From an uncultured Candidatus Saccharibacteria bacterium (GTDB taxonomy: Bacteria > Patescibacteriota > Minisyncoccia > Phycocordibacterales > PALSA-1337): DNA of 63,165 nt. Of the stretch, positions 1 to 9,013 are shown in pieces. The notes under the pieces are model-generated. The model saw only the letters and a program-made list of their open reading frames with translations. It was not told where the DNA came from and made no database searches. The first letter of the stretch is position 1. Each line of letters opens with the position of its first letter. The stretch is taken from assembly GCA_964596595.1 (NCBI GenBank), contig CAZQUI010000004.1, forward strand, positions 1 through 63,165, given 5' to 3'. The position numbers were made by a program, and so were the translations under genes.

Positions 1-83
1 GTCCTCGACCGCACCCTCGTTTTTTCCGCACGTGCCCCGTGGATTTTTCTTTCAAAAATTCCCAAAAAAATCAACAAAGATGC

Positions 84-128
84 GGGCGGGGCGGAAGGGG
101 GGTTTCAGGGGGGAATTCCGCCCCGCCC
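84..128. repeat. GC-rich inverted repeat downstream of tRNA-Ser(ACT)
   Basis: gggcggggcggaa (84-96) is the exact reverse complement of ttccgccccgccc (116-128); the loop carries two G6 runs. Confidence 0.7.
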
Positions 129-186
129 TCCACATTCTGCGATTCTTTCGCCTTTTTCGGACGATTTTGCATTTTGCGCGAAATTG

Positions 187-273
187 CGGAGAGAGTGGGA
201 TTCGAACCCACGGTTCCCGTGAGGGAACGGCGGTTTAGTAAACCGCTGCCTTAAACCACTCAGCCATCTCTCC
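187..273 (-). tRNA. tRNA-Ser, anticodon ACT (unusual A34)
   Basis: Reverse complement folds as GGAGAGA/TCTCTCC acceptor with G73, D loop AGTGGTTTAA, anticodon stem GCGGT/ACCGC with loop TT-ACT-AA (anticodon 237-239), long variable arm GTTCCC/GGGAAC and T arm GTGGG-TTCGAAT-CCCAC; CCA not encoded. Confidence 0.92.
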
Positions 274-363
274 TTTTTCAATTAGTTTAATTAAAACCAA
301 TTGAAACTGAGATCTAAAATCTACCTCATTTTAGATTAAATGCCAAACAAAATATCTCGAACT

Positions 364-783
364 CTACCAAGCTCCAATGATAGCTCCCATAGCAATCATA
401 GAAACAAGACTGCTGAAACATTCAAAAAGCCAAAGCTTTGGAGACTTGCCCATCCAGATAACATCTATAGAAGTAGTAGTCACCATAAAACCAACCCAGA
501 CAATAATTGCAGAAAATATTCCATTCCAAATAGGAGAATAATTTATCAAAGGAGAAGTAGAAAAAATAGCGTAAATAATTGATAAAACCAAAGCTGTGAC
601 TAAATTTACCACTAAATTCCAAAACATCTGTCCGTACATATCAGAAAGTTTTTCTTTTCCAGTAGGGTGAATGTCCGCAAGTTTCATCCATAACTTTCCA
701 GCAACAGGTCCATGCATTAAAAATCCAATGACAAATGCAGCAATCGCGGAAACAATAACAGCTAAAATATTTATTGGAAACAT
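364..783 (-). CDS. DUF1761-family membrane protein
   Basis: 139 aa, four hydrophobic helices, N-terminal 'INILAVIVSAIAAFVIG..W' pattern typical of DUF1761. Confidence 0.7.
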   Translation of the reverse strand: MFPINILAVIVSAIAAFVIGFLMHGPVAGKLWMKLADIHPTGKEKLSDMYGQMFWNLVVNLVTALVLSIIYAIFSTSPLINYSPIWNGIFSAIIVWVGFMVTTTSIDVIWMGKSPKLWLFECFSSLVSMIAMGAIIGAW

Positions 784-841
784 GTATTTTATATATTAAG
801 TATTAAGATAAATAAATAATATCATAAATCTTTTATAAAAA

Positions 842-1066
842 TCAGCGATGCGGACAACCTGCCCAGCAACATGGTCTACGTTTTCCTTCTCCTAATTCAT
901 TTACCGTCCTTTTCATTCTGTGAGTTCGTGTTTCTATTTTCTTAGCTGATTCTATCCAACAAATCCATTCATTACGCGCCAAAGGAGTTATGTCTTCCCA
1001 AGTAATTTTAGCTGCAGTTGATGCAATAATATTTTTTTGTAGATCTGAAGGTGTTTTGTGTAACAT
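842..1066 (-). CDS. YdeI/OmpD-associated (bacteriocin-protection) family small protein
   Basis: WEDITPLARNEWICWIESAKK..TR..R and C-terminal GKRRPCCWAGCPHR motifs. Confidence 0.8.
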   Translation of the reverse strand: MLHKTPSDLQKNIIASTAAKITWEDITPLARNEWICWIESAKKIETRTHRMKRTVNELGEGKRRPCCWAGCPHR

Positions 1067-1195
1067 TTTGTTTTTAAATTTTTATTAAGAGTCAAATTAA
1101 AATTTATTTGGTTTTACTATAAAAATAGTTTATCAGAATTTTTGATAAAAAACGTCAGTTATGACAAAATGCTTTTGAATACCAATATAATATAA

Positions 1196-1285
1196 GGAGA
1201 CGTGGCTGAGTGGTCGAAAGCGGCACCGTGCTAAGGTGTTAAGGGGGCAACCTCTTCATGGGTTCGAATCCCATCGTCTCCGCCA
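1196..1285 (+). tRNA. tRNA-Ser, anticodon GCT
   Basis: GGAGACG/CGTCTCC acceptor, G73 plus encoded CCA, anticodon stem GCACC/GGTGT with loop GT-GCT-AA, long variable arm, T loop TTCGAAT. Confidence 0.95.
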
Positions 1286-1322
1286 AGTAGGACGCTCTAA
1301 AAGCGACCCGAGTGCATAAATT

Positions 1323-1769
1323 ATGACAACAGAAATTATCTTAACGATTATAGGAACTCTTGGATTAGGTACTGTTATCGGTGCCTATTTTCAGTCGAAC
1401 TTTCAACATTCCAAGGATTTGAAAATGGACAATCATGAGTTTAAAAGAGCCCGATATGGTTCAATACTCATTCAAATGCTTACTATATTAGATCCAAAGC
1501 ACCTTGATAAGGTCTCAAAGATTCGCCCAGACCTCCGAAATATTGAAGATTTGAGAGAAGAGCTTAAGACAGAACTTTTAAATGCCTTTTTATATGCAAA
1601 CGATGATGTTATAAAATCTCTTTCTGTTTTTAATAAAAATCCTAACTACGAAAATTATTTGAATACCGTTTCAAGCATGAGAAAAGATTTGTGGGGTAAA
1701 AATACCAAAATATCCTCAAAAGACCTAGATTTTGTTACCGACCCACATACCTCAAACGTCCAAGTCTAA
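1323..1769 (+). CDS. hypothetical protein with N-terminal membrane anchor
   Basis: 148-aa ORF directly after the tRNA; one hydrophobic N-terminal segment; no motif recognised. Confidence 0.65.
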   Translation: MTTEIILTIIGTLGLGTVIGAYFQSNFQHSKDLKMDNHEFKRARYGSILIQMLTILDPKHLDKVSKIRPDLRNIEDLREELKTELLNAFLYANDDVIKSLSVFNKNPNYENYLNTVSSMRKDLWGKNTKISSKDLDFVTDPHTSNVQV

Positions 1770-1899
1770 ACGTGCTAAAATACCCTTACAAGTCTTGAAC
1801 GTCTGGGTACTTAACCCACATGGCCCGCAAAATAAAATTTACTAATAAAGGTTTACCCTCAAACTAAGCCACCTGAAGTTTTGTCTCAACGATCACAAT

Positions 1900-2208
1900 T
1901 CACTGATCATGATCTTCTATGTCACTAGCCTGGCCCTTTATTAAGTATTTCACTTCTTTTAATTCAATGTAAATTTTCTTAAATTCATTATTAATTTTTA
2001 TAAATTCATCATCTATTTTTTTGAATTTAATATCTACTTTTTCAAATCTGGCATCGATATCATCAAATTTTTTATAAACTTTTTTAAATTCACCACGAAC
2101 TTCAGTCTTAAACTCATTAAGATTTTCTGCTACTTCTTTGAAACCTTTATTAACCATAACTGCCAAATCATCGATTGTTACAGAAGGTGTATTTGAGATA
2201 TTTTGCAT
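1900..2208 (-). CDS. CPR-type coiled-coil (heptad F-x-x-I/V-D) protein, possibly truncated by a premature TGA
   Basis: TIDDLAVMVNKGF start and repeats KFDDIDA RFEKVDI KFKKIDD EFIKINN; the frame stays open for 11 codons past the TGA, to TAG at 1864-1866. Confidence 0.75.
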   Translation of the reverse strand: MQNISNTPSVTIDDLAVMVNKGFKEVAENLNEFKTEVRGEFKKVYKKFDDIDARFEKVDIKFKKIDDEFIKINNEFKKIYIELKEVKYLIKGQASDIEDHDQ

Positions 2209-2386
2209 AATATAAGAAAAGTTAATTGATAATTAAAATTGGCAGGTAACAAAAGCTTACCAAACACATACCATCTGCCTAGATCACAAAAATATAAAAT
2301 CATTGTCTATTGCAACAAAATTGATAACTTAATTCATAACCTGTCAATCTAATCGAACCGTCTCATATCCCGTACAATATCTAAAT

Positions 2387-4678
2387 ATGGCACTAACATT
2401 ATCAACTCTGGTCAATGATCAATTTCGCCTCACACCCCCACAACGAGAAGCCTTAAAAAAATTAGGCATAAAAACAATCGAAGATTTACTTTATCATTTT
2501 CCTACTCGCTACGGAGATACAGCTGAGGCATTAAACATTGAAACTTTAAAAAAAGGTGACACGGCTGTAATTTTTGGAAAAATTAGCAACCTCAAAACTG
2601 CCAAAGGTTTTCATTCAAAAATGACCATGGCCGATGGATATGTCGAAGACGAAACTGGTCGTATACAATGCGTATGGTTCAATCAACCGTATGTTGCCAA
2701 AATGTTTACCGATGGAATGCTCGTGAGAATTGAAGGTAAAGTTTCAGCTAGACAAAAAAAGAAAAACCCTAAGCAGACTACAACTTCTACAGAATCAGCA
2801 ACTCCAGAAACCAATGAACAATCAAATGAAAATGAGCGTCTCTATTTTTCTAATCCTAAAATAGAAATAGTAAACAAATTACCCGTAGGAGTCGGCGATT
2901 CCCTATTTGGTTCTGAAGGAGAAGAACATACTCTCTACCCTATATACCCTGAATCACGCGGAATTAGTTCTGCATGGATATATCATAATATTCAAAAAAT
3001 ATTTAAATCTGGGCTATTAGATGAAATTGTGGATCCTTTACCAGGACACATCTTAGTAAAGTATCATTTACCAAGTCTGAAAACCGCTCTCATTTGGATT
3101 CATACCCCCAAAAAAAGAGATGATGCTTTATCAGCTCGCAAGCGTTTTTCTTTTGAAGAAATTTTTACTATCCAACTAGGTAAACAGCAAGCACGTCGCG
3201 CATACGAAAAAATTCCTACCTTTCGAATCGAAACTAGTGATTCTCATGTTAATGAATTTATTCGTCGTTTCCCTTTTACAGCTACAAAAGCTCAAACAAC
3301 TGCCGTAGAAACAATTCTAAATGATATGCGAGGTAACCGAGCTATGTCTCGACTTTTAGAAGGTGACGTTGGTTCAGGAAAGACAGCTGTGGCTGCAGCT
3401 ACGGCTTATGCTGTAATGACAACGAGACCAGTAATCGTTGATCAAAGCGGCAAAACATTATCTGGAACCGATGGAAGAAGAATTGGAAACCTTCAGATAG
3501 CCTATATGTGTCCCACAGAAATTTTAGCAATTCAACATTTTGAATCATTTATCCAATTTTTCTCTTACATGCCCGTACAGATTGCTCTATTAACAGGATC
3601 AGATTGTCGGAAATTTCCTTCAAAAATAAATCCTAAAAGTTGGACCAGCATATCTCGCAATCAATTATTATCATGGGTAGCTGATGGGCAAATTTCTGTA
3701 GTCATAGGTACACATGCCCTTATTCAAAAATCTGTTTCTTTTAAAAATTTAGCTTACGTAATAATCGACGAACAACATCGTTTTGGCACAAATCAACGAG
3801 GTGAACTCATTAGAAAAAATTCTTTGGGAGGATCTATAGCTCCTCATTTACTCTCAATGACTGCTACACCGATTCCTAGAACATTAACTTTAACTATGTA
3901 CGGAGATCTCGATCTGACACTGCTCGACGAAATACCCACTGGCAGAAAACCAATTATCACAGAACTTGTTCTTCCAAATATACGTGATGAAGTTTATGAA
4001 AAAATTCGTAAAGAAATCCAAGAAGGTAGACAGGTGTATGTTATCTGTCCCCGAATTAATGAACCAGATCCAGAAAAAGAAGCTTCAATGATTGCAAAAT
4101 CAGTAAAAGAAGAAGCTAAGCGTCTCAAACAATCAATTTTTCCAGAATATGAAATTGGTATTCTTCATAGCAAAATGAAACCCAATGAAAAAGACTCCGT
4201 TATGGCAGATTTCAAGTCTGGAAAAATTCATATTTTATGTGCCACTTCCGTAGTAGAAGTAGGTGTAAATGTTCCAAATGCAACAGTAATTATCATTGAG
4301 GGTGCAGAACGTTTTGGTTTATCACAACTCCATCAACTTCGTGGTCGAGTTATGCGTAGTACGCACCAGGCTTATTGCTATATTTTTACTGAAAACAATT
4401 CAGCAAAATCAACCGACAGACTCAAGGCTTTAAAAAACGCCAAGAATGGTTTTGAACTTGCAGAACTAGATCTAGCAGCTCGTGGTGCTGGTGAATTATC
4501 TGGGACCAAACAATGGGGCGTATCTGATGTAGCCATGGAAGCATTACAAAATTTAAAAATGGTTGAGGCTGCCAGAAACGAAGCCGTGAGAATCGTTACT
4601 GAAGATCCTGAACTTTTACGTTATCCAGAGCTTAAAAAAGAAGTAGAAAATAGGACAAGCAAAATTCATTTTGAGTAA
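2387..4678 (+). CDS. recG: ATP-dependent DNA helicase RecG
   Basis: DLLYHFP.RY wedge domain, LLEGDVGSGKT Walker A, IIDEQHRFG, MTATPIPRTL, LHQLRGRV. Confidence 0.97.
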   Translation: MALTLSTLVNDQFRLTPPQREALKKLGIKTIEDLLYHFPTRYGDTAEALNIETLKKGDTAVIFGKISNLKTAKGFHSKMTMADGYVEDETGRIQCVWFNQPYVAKMFTDGMLVRIEGKVSARQKKKNPKQTTTSTESATPETNEQSNENERLYFSNPKIEIVNKLPVGVGDSLFGSEGEEHTLYPIYPESRGISSAWIYHNIQKIFKSGLLDEIVDPLPGHILVKYHLPSLKTALIWIHTPKKRDDALSARKRFSFEEIFTIQLGKQQARRAYEKIPTFRIETSDSHVNEFIRRFPFTATKAQTTAVETILNDMRGNRAMSRLLEGDVGSGKTAVAAATAYAVMTTRPVIVDQSGKTLSGTDGRRIGNLQIAYMCPTEILAIQHFESFIQFFSYMPVQIALLTGSDCRKFPSKINPKSWTSISRNQLLSWVADGQISVVIGTHALIQKSVSFKNLAYVIIDEQHRFGTNQRGELIRKNSLGGSIAPHLLSMTATPIPRTLTLTMYGDLDLTLLDEIPTGRKPIITELVLPNIRDEVYEKIRKEIQEGRQVYVICPRINEPDPEKEASMIAKSVKEEAKRLKQSIFPEYEIGILHSKMKPNEKDSVMADFKSGKIHILCATSVVEVGVNVPNATVIIIEGAERFGLSQLHQLRGRVMRSTHQAYCYIFTENNSAKSTDRLKALKNAKNGFELAELDLAARGAGELSGTKQWGVSDVAMEALQNLKMVEAARNEAVRIVTEDPELLRYPELKKEVENRTSKIHFE

Positions 4679-4716
4679 ACATTCAGCTAGGCTTACCCCT
4701 AGTTATAGCTAACAAG

Positions 4717-4790
4717 TCCGCCCTCTTGGATTCGAACCAAGGACCCCAGAGGTATAAGCTCTGTGCTCTAACCAACTGAGCTAAGGGCGG
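4717..4790 (-). tRNA. tRNA-Ile, anticodon TAT (UAU)
   Basis: Reverse complement: CCGCCCT/AGGGCGG acceptor with A73, D arm GCTCAGTTGGTTAGAGC, anticodon stem CAGAG/CTCTG with loop CT-TAT-AC (4754-4756), T arm CTTGG-TTCGAAT-CCAAG. Confidence 0.93.
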
Positions 4791-4856
4791 ATTTGCACTT
4801 TCGTGCACAAACACATCATATGCCAAAGATTAATTCAATTCAACTAAAATAACAGT

Positions 4857-6782
4857 TTACGCATGCAAAGTCTCGACTTCTGGTTTGTCTATTTTTTGTT
4901 TCGTGGATATACCGTGAGCAATCAATATAGCCTCATATTCTTCTCGTTCGATTGTTTCAGTTTCAATTAAACGCTTGGCGATGGTCTCAAAAACTTTTTT
5001 ATGATCCATCAAGACTTTTTCAGCATGACCACGAGCTTCGGTCATGATACGAGTGACTTCACCGTCTATTTCTGCAGCAACTTTTTCAGAATATTCTTTA
5101 TCATTTACCCCCATACCAAACATAACCTTTCCACCAGCCGCCTCCAAAGCAACTGGACCAATTTTTTCTGACATACCATATTTTGTAACCATATCACGAG
5201 CCAAAGAAGTAGAAACTTGTAAATCATTTGAAGCACCAGTTGTGAAATCATCAAAAATCATACGTTCTGCAACATAACCTCCAAGTGAAACAGCAATATC
5301 ATCTAAAAATTCTTTACGTGATTGTAATTTACGATCTTCAAGTGGAAGTTTTAGTGTATACCCTGCAGCTCTACCTCGCGAAATAATTGAGATCTTATGT
5401 ACAGGATCAGCATATGGTAAAACAGAAGCAACAATAGCATGACCAGCTTCATGGTATGCAGTGATCTCTTTTTCTTTTAGAGAAAGTATATGACTACGAC
5501 GTTCTGGACCAAGCATAACTTTTTCTATGGAACGAATAAGATCGAATTGACCAATTTTTGTTCGATTTTCACGCGCAGCCAATATAGCAGCTTCATTCAT
5601 AAGTGATGCCAAATCAGCTCCAGAAAAACCTGGAGTACGTTCAGCAATTACGCGCAAATCAAAATCTTCAGCTAATTGTTTTTTTGCAGAATGTATTTTT
5701 AGGATATCTTCCCTGTCTCCACGATCTGGTAAATCAATTACAACTCGACGATCAAAACGACCTGGACGCAAAAGGGCCGGATCTAAAACGTCTGGTCTAT
5801 TTGTTGCAGCCATGACAATAACTTTTTCATTTGGCTCAAAGCCATCCATTTCTACTAGTATTTGGTTAAGTGTTTGTTCACGTTCATCATTACCACCACC
5901 CATACCTGAACCTCTAGCTCGACCAACGGCATCTATTTCATCGACAAAGACAATAGCTGGCGCTGCTTCTTTTGCTAATTTAAAAAGATCTCGTACTCTT
6001 GAAGCGCCAACACCTACAAACATTTCAACAAATTCTGAACCAGAAATAGAGAAAAAAGCAACTCCGGCTTCCCCGGCAACAGCTCGAGCCAATAAAGTCT
6101 TGCCTGTACCGGGAGCTCCCATAAGCAAAACTCCTTTTGGAATTTCAGCGCCAATCTCTATAAATTTTTTAGGATTTTTCAAAAAATCAACAATCTCCGA
6201 AAGTTCTTGTTTTGCCTCCTTGGCACCAGCCACATCTTTGAAAGTTACCTTTTGTTTCTGATCATTTGGCATAATAATGCGAGCTTTGGACTGACCAAAA
6301 GACAAAGCTTGAACACCAGCACCTTTTACCTGACGCGATATCATCCAAATAAAAAATATCAAAAATATCAAAGGAACGATAAACGGAGCCAATTGACCAG
6401 TCCAATACCAAAAACCACTTGGTTCTTCTACGGATATAGTTGTAGAAGCTAACCGCACAGAAGAAACATTGAGACGAGACAGCGTTTCTGTAATAGAGAT
6501 ATTTGGTTCTTTTTGCGTATCACGAATAACACCATCACTATAAGTTGCGATTACTTTTTCTCCTCGAATGACCAAAGAATTTACCAAGCCTTTTTGTACA
6601 TCTAAAGCTAATTTTGAAAGTGGAATATTTTCTTTTGAAACTAAGTTTTTAGAAGAAAACTGTCCATATATTGCAGTTATTAGAAAAAACAAAATAAGAA
6701 TAATGATTGATACGTTCAAAAAACTCATTTTAGGAGGCATGGATTTTGATGTTTTATTGCTATTTTGTGGCACACTAGTCAT
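4857..6782 (-). CDS. ftsH: ATP-dependent zinc metalloprotease FtsH
   Basis: Two N-terminal TM helices, [31 protein letters not shown]. Confidence 0.98.
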   Translation of the reverse strand: MTSVPQNSNKTSKSMPPKMSFLNVSIIILILFFLITAIYGQFSSKNLVSKENIPLSKLALDVQKGLVNSLVIRGEKVIATYSDGVIRDTQKEPNISITETLSRLNVSSVRLASTTISVEEPSGFWYWTGQLAPFIVPLIFLIFFIWMISRQVKGAGVQALSFGQSKARIIMPNDQKQKVTFKDVAGAKEAKQELSEIVDFLKNPKKFIEIGAEIPKGVLLMGAPGTGKTLLARAVAGEAGVAFFSISGSEFVEMFVGVGASRVRDLFKLAKEAAPAIVFVDEIDAVGRARGSGMGGGNDEREQTLNQILVEMDGFEPNEKVIVMAATNRPDVLDPALLRPGRFDRRVVIDLPDRGDREDILKIHSAKKQLAEDFDLRVIAERTPGFSGADLASLMNEAAILAARENRTKIGQFDLIRSIEKVMLGPERRSHILSLKEKEITAYHEAGHAIVASVLPYADPVHKISIISRGRAAGYTLKLPLEDRKLQSRKEFLDDIAVSLGGYVAERMIFDDFTTGASNDLQVSTSLARDMVTKYGMSEKIGPVALEAAGGKVMFGMGVNDKEYSEKVAAEIDGEVTRIMTEARGHAEKVLMDHKKVFETIAKRLIETETIEREEYEAILIAHGISTKQKIDKPEVETLHA

Positions 6783-6836
6783 ATCCTGCTGATTATACAG
6801 AAAAGTTTTAGAAAAGAAAGAATTTTTAGTAAGAAA

Positions 6837-8405
6837 TTATTTTTTTACTAACGGTAACTCAAAAATAAAGACACTGCCTTTTTCTAAACCTTCAGATTCA
6901 ACTTTAATATTTCCACCTTGTTTACGTAAAATTTCACGAGCCAAATATAGACCAATTCCAAGACCTTCAGTATGAGTACTAATAGCATTTGAGCCTCTAT
7001 AAAACCTTACAAATAAACGATTAAGATCCTCTGGTTTTATTCCTATACCATAATCACGAACTGACAAAACAGCAAACTCACGCTTCTTTGTTGCACTTAC
7101 TAATATCTTACCCCCACGATGTGAATAAGTTATGGCATTATCAAAAACCATTTGTAAAGCAAAAGCAATTTTTTTCTTTTCAATATAAACTTTTGGTAAA
7201 TCTGAAGGTATGACAACTTGAAGATTTAAATTCTTTTCTTTAATCCGATTACCCGAAACATTTACTATCTCATCAATCAAAATAGACAATTCTTCCTCCT
7301 CATATTTATTAACAAATTGATTATCATCGGCACCAGAAAGTCCAATCAGAGAATCAGTTAATTCTGACAGTCTTACATAAGCATCACTGATAGCATCCAT
7401 TGCTTTTGCCTTTTCTGTCTCATTTGGATTATTACGCAAAGTTTCTAAAGACCAATGAATATACGTTAACGGGGTTCTAAACTTATGAGTAACAACATCA
7501 ATAAATTGGTATTTAAGTAAATTAACTTCCCGGAAATTATTCCAAACTATTATCGCAAAAATAACAGCCACTACTGCTGAAAAGAGGGGTAGTAACCATT
7601 CTGGAAGCCCAGGAAAATAATAATGGATAGTTGTGTTTGCGTAGCCAGTAAAAAGAATAAACAATGTCACGACAGCTACACCAACAGCGTAACCAAAAGC
7701 CTTTTTAGCCAAAACATTTATATCAATAACTTCATATTTCAAAATAGCGTAAGAAAAGGGTATTGTGTACAAACCCATAAAAGCAGCTGGCAAAGGATCA
7801 ACAGCTATACCGTAAAGCAAAAATTCTGGAACCAAAGCAACCGTATATCCATATAAAAACCCAACGATAAGATACTTCAAGCGATTACGAGTATTATAAT
7901 CTGCATGATGATAGGCTGAGCCTAAATGAAAAAGAAAATAAACAGTTACTCCAAAAAAGAACATGTCCTGCAAATAATATAGGGGTCCTGGCACTAAAAA
8001 ATTTGGCAAATAAAGTGCTGGAGACGAAGGTAACATGAACTGATCTGGAAAAATTACATAATAAACTATAAGCAAAGTTGCAATAATATATAAAATATTT
8101 ATTATCTTTTTCTGTTTCTCGATTCTTTTTGTAATAAGTAAAACGAAATGAGCAGTCAAAACTGTTAGATATAGCGTGGCCATATTAAACATAAAGGCTA
8201 ATCGAGACAATTCTGGATCGTAAATATTAATTCCTAAAGCATAAGAAGCTATCCAAACTGCTGCGCTTATACTAAATAGTAGAAAGACTTTATTTATTAA
8301 ATTATTTTCTTTGGGACGACGAATGTAAACCAGCAGACCAAGTCCAATACAAACAACTAGAGAAATAGCAAAACCAATATTAGTTATTATGAGCTGAATA
8401 GGCAT
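6837..8405 (-). CDS. membrane sensor histidine kinase (multi-TM N-terminus, HisKA, HATPase)
   Basis: About 9 hydrophobic segments, H-box HKFRTPL, DNAITYS, VRDYGIGI, GLGIGL. Confidence 0.92.
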   Translation of the reverse strand: MPIQLIITNIGFAISLVVCIGLGLLVYIRRPKENNLINKVFLLFSISAAVWIASYALGINIYDPELSRLAFMFNMATLYLTVLTAHFVLLITKRIEKQKKIINILYIIATLLIVYYVIFPDQFMLPSSPALYLPNFLVPGPLYYLQDMFFFGVTVYFLFHLGSAYHHADYNTRNRLKYLIVGFLYGYTVALVPEFLLYGIAVDPLPAAFMGLYTIPFSYAILKYEVIDINVLAKKAFGYAVGVAVVTLFILFTGYANTTIHYYFPGLPEWLLPLFSAVVAVIFAIIVWNNFREVNLLKYQFIDVVTHKFRTPLTYIHWSLETLRNNPNETEKAKAMDAISDAYVRLSELTDSLIGLSGADDNQFVNKYEEEELSILIDEIVNVSGNRIKEKNLNLQVVIPSDLPKVYIEKKKIAFALQMVFDNAITYSHRGGKILVSATKKREFAVLSVRDYGIGIKPEDLNRLFVRFYRGSNAISTHTEGLGIGLYLAREILRKQGGNIKVESEGLEKGSVFIFELPLVKK

Positions 8406-8451
8406 TTAGGTTTAAATTATAACACCATTGAAAATACCTTGCATGAAGTTT

Positions 8452-8570
8452 GCGTGGCAGGAATCGAAGCTTACAGCTTCGGTACAGGCTTCACATTTTC
8501 TCGGAGCATAGCTCCTCGAAAATATGTTCAGCCTTTTCGATTCCCGACGCGACATGCGCAGGCACGTCGC
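8452..8570. other. multi-hairpin structured intergenic element downstream of tmRNA
   Basis: Outer stem ggaatcgaa/ttcgattcc encloses gaagc-ttaca-gcttc and a long aggct...agcct hairpin; an extra gcgac/gtcgc hairpin follows. Confidence 0.55.
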
Positions 8571-8585
8571 TCCTTATCAACCAAA

Positions 8586-8630
8586 CAGCCAACAAAAAAG
8601 GCCAACGGAGCTGGCACTTTTTGTTGGCTG
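8586..8630 (-). terminator. hairpin immediately 3' of tmRNA (probable terminator)
   Basis: cagccaacaaaaa ... tttttgttggctg perfect inverted repeat. Confidence 0.7.
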
Positions 8631-8995
8631 TGGAGATGGCGGGAATCGAACCCGCGTGTAATCGAAACTCACTAAACGATTCTACAGTGGTAGTAGAAAT
8701 TGAAGTTTAATGAATGTGCTCAAAACGTCTACAAAACACACATTCACGATCTCTAAGTTTCGAAATAAATAGTGAGAAGTTATTTATTTCTACATCCGGG
8801 TTATGACATCCGCATCAAGGTATGGATCCCCTTGAACGAACGCGCACTACTTAAGCGAGTGCGAATGCAAAGTCCTTTGCTCCAAAATATGGAGAAACGG
8901 TTGATTTAGCATTTGTGGTTTCCGTCAGATTTACGAGATAACAGTGCTCGCACTGCACGAATAGGAGTCGACGATTATCGAAGCCGATCATCCCC
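8631..8995 (-). ncRNA. ssrA: tmRNA; tag peptide AKSTVSPYFGAKDFAFALA* (8851-8910)
   Basis: 5' GGGGATG pairs with 3' CATCTCC-A including G3:U70; T arm GCGGG-TTCGATT-CCCGC; internal tag ORF ending ALA*; adjacent to smpB. Confidence 0.96.
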
Positions 8996-9013
8996 ATGTA
9001 TTCTTTCAAGGTT

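Noticed and set aside
32-254. ORFs 32-238 and 39-254
   Set aside because: They run antisense through tRNA-Ser and a GC palindrome; shadow ORFs
1286-1899. Genomic island integrated at tRNA-Ser(GCT)
   Set aside because: An orphan gene follows the tRNA, but no duplicated tRNA 3' end or integrase was found downstream
1900-1902. Genome-wide TGA-to-Gly recoding (code 25) as the cause of the in-frame TGA
   Set aside because: All conserved genes are full length under code 11, and TGA ends the YdeI protein at its natural C-terminus (842-844)
5812-6261. Long antisense ORFs (5812-6261; likewise 19601-20251 and 38061-38570)
   Set aside because: Mirror frames of ftsH, rpsE/rplR and tuf, as expected from codon bias in conserved genes
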